Of a stretch of DNA of 43,990 nucleotides, positions 43,473 through 43,990 are shown one piece after another; the first letter of the stretch is position 1, and each line of letters begins with the position of its first letter. A program made the position numbers and the translations under genes. A model generated the notes under the pieces. The model made no database searches and was not told where the DNA came from. It worked only from the letters and a program-made list of their open reading frames with translations. Where the stretch lies: the NCBI RefSeq assembly GCF_000281045.1, contig NW_008246170.1, positions 21,926 through 65,915 of the forward strand, written 5' to 3'. The DNA comes from Saprolegnia diclina VS20 (taxonomy: Eukaryota).

Positions 43473-43990
43473 TTATGCTCGGCCCTGGAACGTGCTGCTC
43501 ATCTCAGCGTCGGCGTAGCGTCCGCCGACTTGCTCCGGAATCGACTGTTCGATCGCAACGATCTCGTCGGGCGTCAACTGCACCGTCGCCGCTCCAGCGT
43601 TCTCAATCAAGCGCGCCTGGCTCTTCGTGCCCGGAATCGGCACCACATCATCGCCGCTAAAACAAGACAGTGTAAGTAAATGGTCCTAGCATTTGACGAG
43701 ATGTACCGGTGGAGGACCCAGGCGAGGGCCAGCTGCGCGGGCGTGACGCCCTTGGCCTTGGCAATCGCAAAAAAGTCTATGGCAATGTTCTTGGAGAGGT
43801 TCTCTGCGGCGAAGCGCGGGTTGCCCTTGCGCCAGTCCTTGGCGTCGAGCGACTCGATCGACGCGATCGCGCCCGTCAAGAGACCGCGGCCGAGCGGCGA
43901 GTAGGCCACGATGCCAACGCCGAGCTCCCGCGCCGTCTTGGCGACCGAGTCTTCAATGTCACGGGTGTTGAGCGACCACTCCATCTGGAT
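43473..43990 (-). CDS. Second aldo-keto reductase (3' part; start beyond the window)
   Basis: IQMEWSLNTRD..VAYSPLGRG..AQLALAWVLHR, intron 43706-43657, then GDDVVPIPGTKS..FQGRA*. Confidence 0.9.

Overview
GC-rich eukaryotic draft sequence with eight N-gaps, short GT-AG introns (GTACG donors) and Inr/CCAAT-type promoters. It is most consistent with an oomycete, probably Saprolegniales (inference from gene content and style). The first ~37 kb is a rapidly evolving accessory island with two interleaved gene families. (1) Five ankyrin or ankyrin-TKL-kinase-(double zinc ribbon) genes in which most ankyrin repeats are separate 99-nt phase-0 exons, with variable repeat number and variable binding-surface residues. 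(2) A family combining a tandem array of ~75-aa winged-helix-like modules, an apparently dead DEDD 3'-5' exonuclease and a Ycf45/SpoIIIAA-type ATPase: one intact gene, one damaged copy, two orphan 3' tails and one repeat-only relative. The island also holds two MITEs, a dispersed non-coding repeat, a fold-back structure, an alpha/beta-hydrolase, a half MFS transporter and a head-to-head tetraspanin-like pair. The last ~7 kb looks ordinary: a double-homeodomain gene, two aldo-keto reductases and a coiled-coil protein. Exon models were read by eye, and the gaps limit certainty about long-range order.
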